Source of the DNA: an uncultured virus (IMG/VR IMGVR_UViG_3300010163_001408)
Taxonomy: Duplodnaviria; Heunggongvirae; Uroviricota; Caudoviricetes
Direction: 5' to 3' (one strand)
DNA: 48,141 nucleotides
IMG/VR virus record: IMGVR_UViG_3300010163_001408
This document shows, piece after piece, positions 20,212 to 30,735 of the stretch; position 1 is the stretch's first letter; the number at the start of each line of letters is the position of its first letter. The position numbers and the translations under genes are program-made. A model generated the notes under the pieces. That model worked only from the letters and a program-made list of their open reading frames with translations. It searched no databases and was not told the origin of the DNA.

Positions 20212-22461
20212 ATGGAGATAAGCAAATTATTACTTACTAACTACATGCCATATGCTAAAGCAACTATTATATCCAGAGCCATACCAAGCATAGATGGGTT
20301 AAAACCTGTTCAAAGAAGAATACTATACATCATGAATGATATGGGTTTAACAGGAGATGACAATGCAAAATGTCAACGTATTAATGGGCAAGTAATGCGT
20401 ATACATCCTCATGGTGATAGTAGTATATATGATGCACTCATTCTTATGTCAACAGGACATGAGGGTTTAAATGCACCATACATTAAGAGTAAAGGTAACT
20501 TTGGTAAAAAATATTCAAGAGACCTGGCATATGCAGCACCACGTTATACTGAAGCCAGATTAGCACCTATATGCAAGGAACTATTTGATGGAATTAAGGA
20601 AAACTCTGTAGATTTCATTGATAACTTTGATGCTACAGAAAAAGAACCAACCTTATTACCTGTAAAATTTCCTACAATCCTTATAAATTCTAATTCGGGT
20701 GTAGCTGTAGGAACAAGTTCTAATATTCCAACATTCTCAATAAAAAATGTTTGTAAAGCAACTCAAGAAATAATTAGGGGCAACATTACAAATGCTGCTG
20801 AACTTGCTGAAGTACTAGGAGTACCAGAGTTTGTAAGTGGTGGCTTCCTGCATGCTAGTCAAGAATCACTTACAAAATTATGTGAGACTGGTAGAGGATC
20901 CTTTGTAATCAGTGGACATGTAGAAGTATATGCATCAAGAATAGTAATTGACCAGATTCCATATACTACGACAGCAGAAGATATTATGGATGCTATTGAA
21001 GAGAATATGAAAAATGGTAAGCTTAAAGGTATAAGGACAGTTAGAGATGAAATTGACCTTAAGGGTTTAAGATTGACTGTAGAAATCAAAGGCGGATATA
21101 ATTCACGTGATATACTTAGAGAGTTATGTAGACTTACACCCTTAAGAACTAAGGTATCATTTAGAACCAGAGTAATTATAGCAAATAGATGTAGAGAATT
21201 AGGTATACTTGAATTATTAAATTACTGGATTCAATTCAGAAGTACTTGTATAGAAAGAATGTATCAATACAGATTAGATAAAGATTCAGTGAAAGAACAC
21301 TTATTAGCTACATGGGATAAGATTAAGCATGATATTTCTGGTGTAGTGCAAATGATCAGTAAGAACACTGACCCTGTGGCAAAGGCTAATCTAATAAACA
21401 ACTACGGTTTGGATGATATACAATCAGAATACTTGCTTGATATGAAGATTAGAAGCATCACAACTGATAGGGCAGCCAAAGCATTAAAAGAATTAGCAGA
21501 CACAAGAAGTAGAATAGCTTATAGTAATAAAGTATTAAATGATGCTAATGAGAAAAACAATATCATTATAAACGAATTAGAAGATATCATAAATAAGTAT
21601 GGAACTGATAACAAAACAATTCAGGCACCTGAATTAACCGATGAGGATACTAAGGCTCCAGAGATTAAAATTAGTGAAGACACAGTAACAGTGGTATTGA
21701 CTAAAAATGGTTATATAAAGAGACTTGTGTCAATAAATGATGTATCACGTAAGTATAGCTATGGCAGCGATGAGGAAGTACTAAGATGGACTATTAAGAA
21801 TAATCAACACTTGTTAGTGTTTGACAGGTTTGGAACAGTGCATAAGATATTAGTAGATGACATTGATTCTTCTCGTGGAGCACTTAAGGAAACATTACAT
21901 GGTAAAGCAAATATTGAGAAGGCTGAGGATGTTATTTGGGCAGATGCATGCGGTGACTACTCTGGATATTTCAATTTAGTATATCCAAATGGTAGAGGAA
22001 CAAGAGTTTATTATAGTAATGCATCAGGAAATAGAGCACAGTACAAGAGTTTATATAATGAGGTAAAACCAAATCAATATTGGGTAACACAGGAAAATCA
22101 GTTCTTTATGATTACACATAGGATGAAAGCAGCATACTGTGATATTACGAGACTTGGTTTGATATCAAACAGGGAAGCATTTAAAGTAGCTAGAGTTGCA
22201 TCTGGTGATTTCTTTACAAAGCTTATACTTTATAAGAATGTACCTAATCCTGGTTTAATTAACCTTGATAAATATAATAAGGATTATACTGTTTCAATAG
22301 GTAATGATATTCTGTGGATAGATGAGGAATCAATAGCAGAAGCAAGAAGACTTAGGGAAGAAATGCTGAAACAATATGAAGAAAACTCAGAGGATTCAGA
22401 AAACTCAGAGGATACAAACACAAATGAAGAGACAATAAGTACAGAAAACACAGAAGCATAA
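20212..22461 (+). CDS. gyrA: Type IIA topoisomerase subunit A (GyrA/ParC family, no GyrA-box)
   Basis: DGLKPVQRRILY, HPHGDSSIYD, catalytic AAPRYTE, SGVAVG; CTD begins VLTKNGYIKR without QRRGGKG; acidic tail. Confidence 0.93.
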   Translation: MEISKLLLTNYMPYAKATIISRAIPSIDGLKPVQRRILYIMNDMGLTGDDNAKCQRINGQVMRIHPHGDSSIYDALILMSTGHEGLNAPYIKSKGNFGKKYSRDLAYAAPRYTEARLAPICKELFDGIKENSVDFIDNFDATEKEPTLLPVKFPTILINSNSGVAVGTSSNIPTFSIKNVCKATQEIIRGNITNAAELAEVLGVPEFVSGGFLHASQESLTKLCETGRGSFVISGHVEVYASRIVIDQIPYTTTAEDIMDAIEENMKNGKLKGIRTVRDEIDLKGLRLTVEIKGGYNSRDILRELCRLTPLRTKVSFRTRVIIANRCRELGILELLNYWIQFRSTCIERMYQYRLDKDSVKEHLLATWDKIKHDISGVVQMISKNTDPVAKANLINNYGLDDIQSEYLLDMKIRSITTDRAAKALKELADTRSRIAYSNKVLNDANEKNNIIINELEDIINKYGTDNKTIQAPELTDEDTKAPEIKISEDTVTVVLTKNGYIKRLVSINDVSRKYSYGSDEEVLRWTIKNNQHLLVFDRFGTVHKILVDDIDSSRGALKETLHGKANIEKAEDVIWADACGDYSGYFNLVYPNGRGTRVYYSNASGNRAQYKSLYNEVKPNQYWVTQENQFFMITHRMKAAYCDITRLGLISNREAFKVARVASGDFFTKLILYKNVPNPGLINLDKYNKDYTVSIGNDILWIDEESIAEARRLREEMLKQYEENSEDSENSEDTNTNEETISTENTEA

Positions 22462-22498
22462 AAATAAGAATTAACTTACTGGATCGAGGATAATTTAT

Positions 22499-24082
22499 AT
22501 GTGGGATAGAGTACAAATAACTCTTGGAGTACAACAAGCTTTAGAAACAATATTTTCTGCTATCTTGCTTGGTGGAATTGATAGAACCAAGCAAGAGAAT
22601 GCAGATTTAATAAAAAACAAGGTGACAATTGCAAAAGTATGTAGACCTAGATTTATAGCAAATTTTCCATTTAACATATTTTGTAATGACTATGCAATAT
22701 TCTATGAAATACTTATAACATTACAAGTAAACACATTTACTGAAGAACAATTACAATCTGTTATAGAGAATAATAGGGATTTAATATTAGATAGCCCTTA
22801 TATAAACAAGGCAAGTTATTCCAAAACAGAAAGTGGTAACATTGCAAGTGATGATGATATACTAAGTGCTCTTACAAGTAACCTAGTAGAATCACTAAGA
22901 AGACTATCATATAATGTTGTAAGCGAAGAAGAGTTTAATTCATCATGCTTGATATATATAGATTGGTATAAGAATGCATTTGCGGAATATACAGCTCTTA
23001 ATATGTCAGCTATAATGAGTGACTTTGGTTATGAGGAGAAGAAACCAAACAAACGTGTAAGAAAATATCAAGGCTTACAGGATATGATGGAGTATTACAA
23101 TGAAAACATAAGAATTATTAAGTCACTTTCAGATGAGAGCAGAATACATAGTTTTGTACTAGATTCAAAGTGGCTTGAGAATGAGATGCAAGAGGAAACT
23201 AAACAAGACATAAATTCAATGTTCTCGATTGGAATTAGAGAGATAGATGCAACAGTAGGAGAATTAAGAAGGGGCAATATGCTTGGTATACTAGGACCAC
23301 CAAAAGGTGGAAAGACACGTTTTACTAATTATTTAGTACAACGAGCATTAAGCCTAGGATATAATGTATGTGTTTGGCCTTTGGAGGGTACAGCAGAAGA
23401 ATGGGAGGCAATGCAAATAGCTTGTTTTCTGGCCCAAACATCCTATGCAAAGGCTAAATCAACTGGTGGCAATAATATGATAAGGCTATCCAGTAAGGAT
23501 ATTCTTCAAAAGAAATACAGAAATTCACCAGACATAAGAAAAGCTATAGCAGCTGCTAAGGTGGTAATGAGTACATCAGAGCATTATGGCAGATTATCAT
23601 TCATAGAGGGTACGGCATACGTAGAAGATATGTTTGAGGTACTTGAATCACACTATGAGAATGAAAATCAATTTGATGTATTAGTCATAGACCAGTTAGT
23701 AAATGTTATGTCTAAGAAGGGGAAGGGCAAAGTAGAAAGAATATCAGAAGCATATATGGAAACAAAGAATTTCCTAGCAAACAAGCTAAAAGTACCAGCC
23801 TTAGGTATTATGCCAGCTCAGCTTAAACAAGATATGGTAGACTTCTTAAGAAGAAATCCAGAAGAGACAATTGATGTAACGAGCGGTGGTGAAAGTGCAG
23901 AGACAATTCGAACGCCTGATGAAACAATTGGATTGTTTAGCAGTAAGGAAGAAAGAGACAATAATATTATGAAAATATACAGTGTGGCATCACGTCATAA
24001 TGCTTCATTCCAAGACTTCCAAGCAAAATGCTACCTTGAATGTTGTTTCTTCTTAAGTCAAGAGGATGACCTAAAGCAGTAA
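22499..24082 (+). CDS. dnaB: DnaB-like (SF4) replicative helicase
   Basis: GIREID...GELRRG, Walker A GPPKGGKT, LE catalytic motif, VLVIDQL, PAQL, ESAETIRTPD. Confidence 0.8.
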   Translation: MWDRVQITLGVQQALETIFSAILLGGIDRTKQENADLIKNKVTIAKVCRPRFIANFPFNIFCNDYAIFYEILITLQVNTFTEEQLQSVIENNRDLILDSPYINKASYSKTESGNIASDDDILSALTSNLVESLRRLSYNVVSEEEFNSSCLIYIDWYKNAFAEYTALNMSAIMSDFGYEEKKPNKRVRKYQGLQDMMEYYNENIRIIKSLSDESRIHSFVLDSKWLENEMQEETKQDINSMFSIGIREIDATVGELRRGNMLGILGPPKGGKTRFTNYLVQRALSLGYNVCVWPLEGTAEEWEAMQIACFLAQTSYAKAKSTGGNNMIRLSSKDILQKKYRNSPDIRKAIAAAKVVMSTSEHYGRLSFIEGTAYVEDMFEVLESHYENENQFDVLVIDQLVNVMSKKGKGKVERISEAYMETKNFLANKLKVPALGIMPAQLKQDMVDFLRRNPEETIDVTSGGESAETIRTPDETIGLFSSKEERDNNIMKIYSVASRHNASFQDFQAKCYLECCFFLSQEDDLKQ

Positions 24083-24131
24083 GAAGGTGATAAAAGCAAT
24101 ATAATAAGTAAATAAGACTGAGGCAAATAAA

Positions 24132-25520
24132 ATGCAACCTAAATCAAGATTGAAGGAAGATTTGACAGGCAAACAGTTTGGAGAATGGACAGTACTTAAA
24201 TATGCAGGAGACTATAAGTGGTTATGTCAATGTTCATGTGAAAATAAGACATTAAGGAAGATATCTAGATACGACTTAATAAAGAGCAAGACGACTAATT
24301 GTGGATGTAAAAGACACAAGGATCTTCTCGGGTTGACATTTGGTAGATTGGTAGTTAAAAAATATTTAGGTAATATGCTATGGGAATGTGAATGCTCATG
24401 TGAAAATCATACAATAGTAAAGGTATATTCTAGTAATCTTATAAGCGGAGGCACCAAGTCATGTGGTTGCTTAAAAAATGAATCACGAAACAGTAAAGAG
24501 GAATACTTAAAGGTTATAGAAGATATACAAAAACAAACTGGAGAACCTCCTTATGTAGATGAAATATCAAAAGTCCTAAATATGCATCCAGAAAATGTAA
24601 AACACAATCTTGAGAAATACGAATTGCTGGATAGGATAAATAAAACATTCCGAAGTAAACCTGAACGAGAGATTGCTGACTTAATAGGTAAGGAGAATAT
24701 AATAACAAACAGCAGATCAATATTAGATAGCAAAGAAGAAATAGATATATACATCCCAGATAAGAAAATAGCAATAGAGTTTAATGGAACCTATTGGCAT
24801 TCAGATGCAAAAATAGATAAAAATTATCATCAGAATAAGACAATAGCATGTGCAAAACAAGGCATACATCTTATTCATATATTTGAGTATGAATGGGAAA
24901 ATAATAACAAAAAAGAAAAAATAATAAAATATCTATTCAGATTATTAGGAAAGCAAGAGAATACAATAGTAAAAGCAAGAGATACAGAAGTAAAGCCAAT
25001 TGAATATAGTGAAACAAAAGAATTTGAGGAAAAATATCACTTACAGGGATCAGCAAAATCTACTATAAACTTAGGAATATTTTTAAACAGCAAACTGTTA
25101 GGTATAATGACATTTGGACCACCAAGATTCAACAATAACTATCAGTATGAGATTATAAGACTTTGTTACAAAGACAATGTAGTAATTGTAGGTGGAACAG
25201 AAAAAATATTTACGCATTTTTTAAGAACATTCAATCCTGATTCAATTATTACATATTGTGACATAAGTAAATTTACTGGTAATGTGTATACAAGATTAGG
25301 GTTTAAAGCAACATTAAATCCAATTACAGAACCTAGTTATGTATGGGCTAATAGAAACAGTGTGTATTTTACAAGATATGAAACTCAGAAGCATAAACTA
25401 ATAGCAATGGGACTAGGTACAAAAGACCAAACAGAGAGTCAGATAATGCATCAGAACGGGTTTCTTAAAGTTTATGATTCTGGAAACTTAAGATTGGTGT
25501 GGTTAAAAGACAATAAGTAA
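24132..25520 (+). CDS. Free-standing homing-endonuclease-like protein: two Cys-rich repeats, Vsr-like PD-(D/E)XK nuclease, C-terminal GNAT/Mom-like domain
   Basis: DLxGxxFG...WxCxCSCEN...(N/S)CGC twice; EIDIYIP...IEFNGTYWH; HLQG...GIMTFG...EIIRLC...VGG...TYCD...GNVYTRLGF. Confidence 0.7.
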   Translation: MQPKSRLKEDLTGKQFGEWTVLKYAGDYKWLCQCSCENKTLRKISRYDLIKSKTTNCGCKRHKDLLGLTFGRLVVKKYLGNMLWECECSCENHTIVKVYSSNLISGGTKSCGCLKNESRNSKEEYLKVIEDIQKQTGEPPYVDEISKVLNMHPENVKHNLEKYELLDRINKTFRSKPEREIADLIGKENIITNSRSILDSKEEIDIYIPDKKIAIEFNGTYWHSDAKIDKNYHQNKTIACAKQGIHLIHIFEYEWENNNKKEKIIKYLFRLLGKQENTIVKARDTEVKPIEYSETKEFEEKYHLQGSAKSTINLGIFLNSKLLGIMTFGPPRFNNNYQYEIIRLCYKDNVVIVGGTEKIFTHFLRTFNPDSIITYCDISKFTGNVYTRLGFKATLNPITEPSYVWANRNSVYFTRYETQKHKLIAMGLGTKDQTESQIMHQNGFLKVYDSGNLRLVWLKDNK

Positions 25521-25599
25521 AAAAGTGGTATCATTTAATTGTGCATGAAAATAATATAGGGTTAAATTTAATTATTTTATGAAAGGCGGATAAAGATAC

Positions 25600-26271
25600 A
25601 TGGCTGAATTTTCAAAAGAACTTTTAGATATGTTAGCAGAATTTATGATTTGTGAAATAGGCTCTAAAGCTTTAAAGGGTATAACATATTCTATGGTTCT
25701 TGACAATAATACTAAAAAAGAAAAAGAAATTTATGATAGATACATGCAAATAAAAGAGGAAGCAACTAGATGCGGATACATAAACAATGAAGTATTCAGA
25801 GTTTATAAAGTTTCTAATGGTTATATTTTTGATATGGACTTGATTACAGCCAAACAGATCACAGCAGAAATAACTAAGTCAGTAGCAAAAGCTAATGGTG
25901 GAAAAACTCCAATAGGTGAGTTACTTAAAGATGGACCAGAACAACGTAGAAAGAAGGATATGGTTGCATTAGCTAAATATTTAAAGAGTGAATTTGATAA
26001 GGGAAATAGACAGTGTGAGGCAGCTTTATTTAGCAGAAATGCAAATAATAGAATTGTTGTAACTGGTAGAAGTCCTAAAGGTGACATATTACAAATAAGA
26101 TATAATGCATATGTAATAAGACATTGGGACATTGAGATAGTTAATGAGAAATTTTTAATACCAGCAGGTTTTAGAGTTAAACGCATACAGCCTTGTGAGA
26201 TATTACCCTCAAAAACAGGTGTATCATTCTTATTTACAATGGAAAGCATGGAAGAGTTCAGGAATTTTTAA
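25600..26271 (+). CDS. Hypothetical protein
   Basis: 223-aa ORF after a gaaaggcgg RBS; no recognised motif. Confidence 0.7.
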   Translation: MAEFSKELLDMLAEFMICEIGSKALKGITYSMVLDNNTKKEKEIYDRYMQIKEEATRCGYINNEVFRVYKVSNGYIFDMDLITAKQITAEITKSVAKANGGKTPIGELLKDGPEQRRKKDMVALAKYLKSEFDKGNRQCEAALFSRNANNRIVVTGRSPKGDILQIRYNAYVIRHWDIEIVNEKFLIPAGFRVKRIQPCEILPSKTGVSFLFTMESMEEFRNF

Positions 26272-26295
26272 AATACACAGGAGAGATATTAAGAT

Positions 26296-26655
26296 ATGCA
26301 ATATGTAAAAATTATATCCATAATAATAGCAATATCATATATAGTGTTTACTATATGCAGAAATATAGTAAACTTAAGGGATATAAATAGTACATTTACA
26401 TGTAAGTATTGTAACACATTAAATAGAGAGTTAAGTAATGAACACTCTTGTACAAATTGTGGCAGAGTATTTAGAAACATAACAAAAAGTTGGACTTACT
26501 TTGTAATGTTTAAAGTATCAAAAATAGATACCAAGATAAAAAAGAAAGTTTATCATTATAAAGATTTTATTACACTTCCAAAAATAGAATTAACATTAAG
26601 CATAATATTATTAATCATAATGTTAATAGCATTAACACTCATTTTAATATATTAA
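26296..26655 (+). CDS. Small two-TM membrane protein with zinc ribbon
   Basis: Hydrophobic N- and C-termini; CKYC ... CTNC. Confidence 0.7.
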   Translation: MQYVKIISIIIAISYIVFTICRNIVNLRDINSTFTCKYCNTLNRELSNEHSCTNCGRVFRNITKSWTYFVMFKVSKIDTKIKKKVYHYKDFITLPKIELTLSIILLIIMLIALTLILIY

Positions 26656-26709
26656 AACTTAGAAAAAGAAAAGACAAGAAAAGAAAAAGATAAGAAAAGG
26701 AAAAGACAA

Positions 26710-27660
26710 ATGAAATTTTTAGTGAGACAGCCACAGCAAATACCAAATACTAACGGTGGGATTATGATGACAGATATTCCCCTTGAAGATATACGAGTAA
26801 CAAACTATGCTATACTAGCAATAGATGGCTCAACAACTAATTCAGGATTAGCCATCATGAGAGAATATGATGGGGCACTTTTATACAGTATGTGTGCTAC
26901 CAGGGATAGAAGTGGAGAAACACCTGTACATTATAAAATAAGGCTTAAAAGACAAGTAGAAGATATACTAAAAAGAAATAAATTCATTACTCAAATATAT
27001 TATGAAGAGCCAGTCATTGCAAATGCATCAGCTGTAGCAAATTTATTTATGCTAAGGGCATTCATAGAAGAAATGATAATAGAAAATGAGCCAGAGTTTG
27101 ATTACATAAAACATTATGAAGTATCAAATATGCGTTGGAAGAAATTATTTCTTGCACCAGATAAAATTCCAAGTGGTACAGACAATCAAAAGAAAGCAGT
27201 AAGGGATAAATTGGAGACATATTTACCCTTTTTATATAAAGTGACACAAGATGAAATAGACGCAATAGCAATGGGATTTGTTGCTTGCAAGTCAATACAA
27301 GAAGATAAAGAAAACGGTGGAGAGAATCTACAATCTAAAAAGAAAGTAAGACCTTTTAAGTACAATGTAAATTTCATTGGGGCAGAGACAGATGATGATG
27401 CACTTGTGGAGTTATGGGATATATTTACAGGTCCCAAGAAATTATTAGAGGATAGCAGCATAAGACTTACAGAATTAGACAGTAAGAAAAACTTTGAAAA
27501 GCATTTATATGAAACAATGGGTGATGAAGATAAAATAGTAATAATCAAATTTTCATCAAAACATCATGGAAATATAATTTTACAACATAAAATAGGTAAC
27601 TTGGCGGCTCAGTACTCTTATATATATGCTGTATTATGGAGAGTAACTAGAAAATATTAG
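26710..27660 (+). CDS. ruvC: RuvC-like Holliday junction resolvase with C-terminal extension
   Basis: ILAIDGSTTNSGLA, YYEEP and DEIDAIAMG acidic motifs of the RNase H fold. Confidence 0.75.
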   Translation: MKFLVRQPQQIPNTNGGIMMTDIPLEDIRVTNYAILAIDGSTTNSGLAIMREYDGALLYSMCATRDRSGETPVHYKIRLKRQVEDILKRNKFITQIYYEEPVIANASAVANLFMLRAFIEEMIIENEPEFDYIKHYEVSNMRWKKLFLAPDKIPSGTDNQKKAVRDKLETYLPFLYKVTQDEIDAIAMGFVACKSIQEDKENGGENLQSKKKVRPFKYNVNFIGAETDDDALVELWDIFTGPKKLLEDSSIRLTELDSKKNFEKHLYETMGDEDKIVIIKFSSKHHGNIILQHKIGNLAAQYSYIYAVLWRVTRKY

Positions 27661-27707
27661 ACTTAGGTAAGAGTAATTGGATTCATTAGAAAGGTTGGGA
27701 ATATACA

Positions 27708-28286
27708 ATGAAAACTTGTCAGTGGTGTGGAAAAATAACAGATGACTTAAAGGAATATACAGATGCACTTGATAACACATACCAAGTTTGTGCCGAGTGC
27801 TTTCAAGGAACAGAAGATTGCATATGCAGAAAATGTGGTAGTACGGTAGATCCTAGTTTCATGATAAATGGTTTATGTACAAACTGTATTCAAGCAGACA
27901 TGAAACTAAAGAGTAAAAGACAAGAAGAAGCAAGAATGGGAATTGATACAGATTTAACAAATGTGCTTAGTTCAGATTTAGAACTTACAGACAAGGATTA
28001 TGAAAAATGGATGACAATGGGCAAGGCATTTTCACCTGATAATATGAAAAGTGTAGAATTAAGAAGACTATGGATTATGGTGAAGCTCAATGCAACTGGA
28101 ATATATGACAATGAAATAATTTCTAAGAACTTTACAGATATAGAAGTATTGCTTGATAGGAGTTTTTCAAAGCTTGTAAATAATAAGTGCAAGATACTTA
28201 TAGGAAGTACAGCAGAGACAAGAAAATTAGTAAGGGAATCAACTGTCATAGATTATGAAAAAGAGGTTTATATTATTAAGGCATAA
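27708..28286 (+). CDS. Zinc-finger protein
   Basis: CQWC, CAEC, CRKC, CTNC in the N-terminal ~60 aa. Confidence 0.7.
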   Translation: MKTCQWCGKITDDLKEYTDALDNTYQVCAECFQGTEDCICRKCGSTVDPSFMINGLCTNCIQADMKLKSKRQEEARMGIDTDLTNVLSSDLELTDKDYEKWMTMGKAFSPDNMKSVELRRLWIMVKLNATGIYDNEIISKNFTDIEVLLDRSFSKLVNNKCKILIGSTAETRKLVRESTVIDYEKEVYIIKA

Positions 28287-28324
28287 GCATAAAGAAATAA
28301 GTACTGGAAAGGAAAATAATACTC

Positions 28325-29437
28325 ATGAAGTTAATAATGTGTGACAATGCTAGATGTAAAAAGATAATCAATATAAATGATTCAATAGAGATATCAATAA
28401 GAAATCATTCTAACAATAGATTAGAAACATTAGATTTATGTAAAGATTGCTATGTAGAAATGATAGAGCAAATAACAGCACAAGAGGTTAACATTTGCAA
28501 AATAGCAAACACAGAGTCTGAATATAAAGATAACAATAACAATGAAGCAGCCAGCAATAATCATACAGAATTAATCAGTAACACTAAACAAAAGAATGAA
28601 AACACAGCAGAAATAAATAATAACACTAAACAAAAGAATGAAAGCACAGCAGAAACAAGCAGTAGCACAGGAAAAATTGAAAATAACACAATATATAAAG
28701 ACAATAGTATCAAAGAGCAGGTAGAACCATACAATAAAAGAAAATACAATCATGTAAAAAGTACTCCTGCACAAGATAAAATAAAAGCATATGGTATAGA
28801 TAATATAATAAGAGAATATGTAGAAGAGGACATAAAAGCAACTGAACTAGCTAAACATATAGGAGTAACAATAACATCACTAAATGTATTTTTATCTACC
28901 AATAATATAGTTAAATATAAGTCTAATAAGCACAGAGGTAGAAGAAGTAAAGCAGATGATTACGGCTTAGACCGTATAAAGAAGGAATACATAGAAGATG
29001 GCTTATCAATAGATGAATTAGCAGAGCGTATAGGAATAAAAAGAAGATCATTGATAAAGTATTTAATAAAAAACAATATTCACAGGTATATCAATTCATA
29101 TGTTAAAGATACAGAATCAGTACCTCAAGAGACATCAATAACAGAAAACAAGGCAGTAGAGGAAATAAAAATAGATAAAGTATCTGATATATCAACTAAA
29201 AAGGTAAAAACTACTCAAAGTAAAGCAATAAACATTGAAAATATAAATCCAGCACAAAGATCAATGCTGGCATCACTTGAAGAAAAAACAGACATGCTTC
29301 CTAAAGCATGTAGAACATGTGCATATAGAAATACAACAAATAACTATTGTTGGTATACAATGGTAACTAATAAGCATACTAACGATAATGGTATAGAATG
29401 TAAGCATTACATAGACATAAGGAAGTTAGAACAATGA
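28325..29437 (+). CDS. Putative DNA-binding protein with terminal Cys clusters and two HTH-like repeats
   Basis: CDNARC/CKDC at the N-terminus; YGIDNIIREYVEE...ELAKHIG and YGLDRIKKEYIED...ELAERIG repeats; CRTC...C...C at the C-terminus. Confidence 0.7.
   Translation: MKLIMCDNARCKKIININDSIEISIRNHSNNRLETLDLCKDCYVEMIEQITAQEVNICKIANTESEYKDNNNNEAASNNHTELISNTKQKNENTAEINNNTKQKNESTAETSSSTGKIENNTIYKDNSIKEQVEPYNKRKYNHVKSTPAQDKIKAYGIDNIIREYVEEDIKATELAKHIGVTITSLNVFLSTNNIVKYKSNKHRGRRSKADDYGLDRIKKEYIEDGLSIDELAERIGIKRRSLIKYLIKNNIHRYINSYVKDTESVPQETSITENKAVEEIKIDKVSDISTKKVKTTQSKAINIENINPAQRSMLASLEEKTDMLPKACRTCAYRNTTNNYCWYTMVTNKHTNDNGIECKHYIDIRKLEQ
28579..28655 (+). repeat. 42-bp-period in-frame tandem duplication
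   Basis: taacactaaacaaaagaatgaaa(a/g)cacagcagaaa at 28579 and 28621. Confidence 0.85.
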
Positions 29438-30606
29438 TAAATGAAAATACATTAAAAATACTAAATAACATAGGATTTGGTGCAGATATAGATTCACTTG
29501 AATCTTATATAATTGATTATAAACAAGCAAGGTTGTTATGTAACCTTGCTTTTTATAGTAATAACTATAATAAATTGTATAAGATACTTAAAGAAATTAA
29601 ACCAAACTCTATTGCATTAAGTGATGAAGTTAATTTATCACCATTAGAGAACAATAAATATGATAAATTTATCATAGAATATAATAACATACATGAAGAA
29701 GTATTATATGGTACAAAAAGCATAAACATAAATAACATTAAGTCTAATATAGATACAGAAGAAGATGAGTCAATAGACATAATAGCAATTGCTAATGTTA
29801 GTGGTATAGATATTAGTATTTCATATATAAATGGTTATATTCATAAAATATATGCAATAGGAGAAACTAGTAAATACTTGGATTTAACTAAATTACTTAA
29901 AGATAAATGTGGTATACTATCATATATAGGTGGTATAGCACATTTAAGTTTAGTAGAATTTAGAGGAAAACTTACAATATTTAATAACAATAAAAGGTTA
30001 CAAACTAAATCTTTAAATATACCATGTTCAGTAATGAGATGTATTAGGACAAAAACAGAATTAGACAAATTAGTTGTAGTAATGAATGATATATTTATAG
30101 ATGAAGCAGACGAAGATATAGAATTACCATTTAATAACCAGTGGGATAAAATACAATTTATAAGGGACTTAGATTTAAGTGTACCTCATCATGTACTAAT
30201 AAGAAGTGTAGATAGAGATAACTTAGAGGTAGCATTAACTGAAGCAGATGATTACCTAGAAAATAAGAAAAATAACAATGAGGTTATATATGATTATCAT
30301 GGGATCTTGATAAGGTTCAATAATGATATTATATGTAGTGCAGTAGGTCATAAATTTATATACAATAGCAATGATCCAGAACCAAACAAGATATTTTATT
30401 CAACAGTTAAATCAATTAGCACTACAAATGGAAATAATGGACTAGGTCAGAGATTAAATATAGTAAGGACTCAATGTAATGACAAAGCATATATATCATA
30501 TGTAGACATACATGATATATATGCGCTAGAAATGTGTAATATACAAATAGGCAAAAAAATAAGTTTTAAAGTCATAGAAAATAAAGCAGTTTTATGTAAA
30601 GAATAA
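29434..30606 (+). CDS. Degenerate NAD+-dependent DNA ligase N-half (Ia/adenylation/OB-like) lacking the catalytic KxDG lysine
   Basis: ANVSGIDISISYING resembles KxDGxxxxLxYxxG; VEFRGK resembles EVRGE; YHGILIRFN resembles DGxVxKxN; IHD...IQIGKKI resembles LHN...IGDxV. Confidence 0.6.
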   Translation: MINENTLKILNNIGFGADIDSLESYIIDYKQARLLCNLAFYSNNYNKLYKILKEIKPNSIALSDEVNLSPLENNKYDKFIIEYNNIHEEVLYGTKSININNIKSNIDTEEDESIDIIAIANVSGIDISISYINGYIHKIYAIGETSKYLDLTKLLKDKCGILSYIGGIAHLSLVEFRGKLTIFNNNKRLQTKSLNIPCSVMRCIRTKTELDKLVVVMNDIFIDEADEDIELPFNNQWDKIQFIRDLDLSVPHHVLIRSVDRDNLEVALTEADDYLENKKNNNEVIYDYHGILIRFNNDIICSAVGHKFIYNSNDPEPNKIFYSTVKSISTTNGNNGLGQRLNIVRTQCNDKAYISYVDIHDIYALEMCNIQIGKKISFKVIENKAVLCKE

Positions 30607-30735
30607 ATTAATACATTATAAAATTATAATATACCAAAAAATTGGCATGAGGTTTAAGGAAAATTATAAATTTTTTAATTATTATTTTCAATAAAGTGAC
30701 TAGTTGATAAAAATATTAAACCTTGGGGGTATATT

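Noticed and set aside
16353..24082. Inteins or introns in gyrB, gyrA or dnaB
   Set aside because: Protein lengths are normal, with no C/S...HN splice motifs, LAGLIDADG insert or frame interruption seen.
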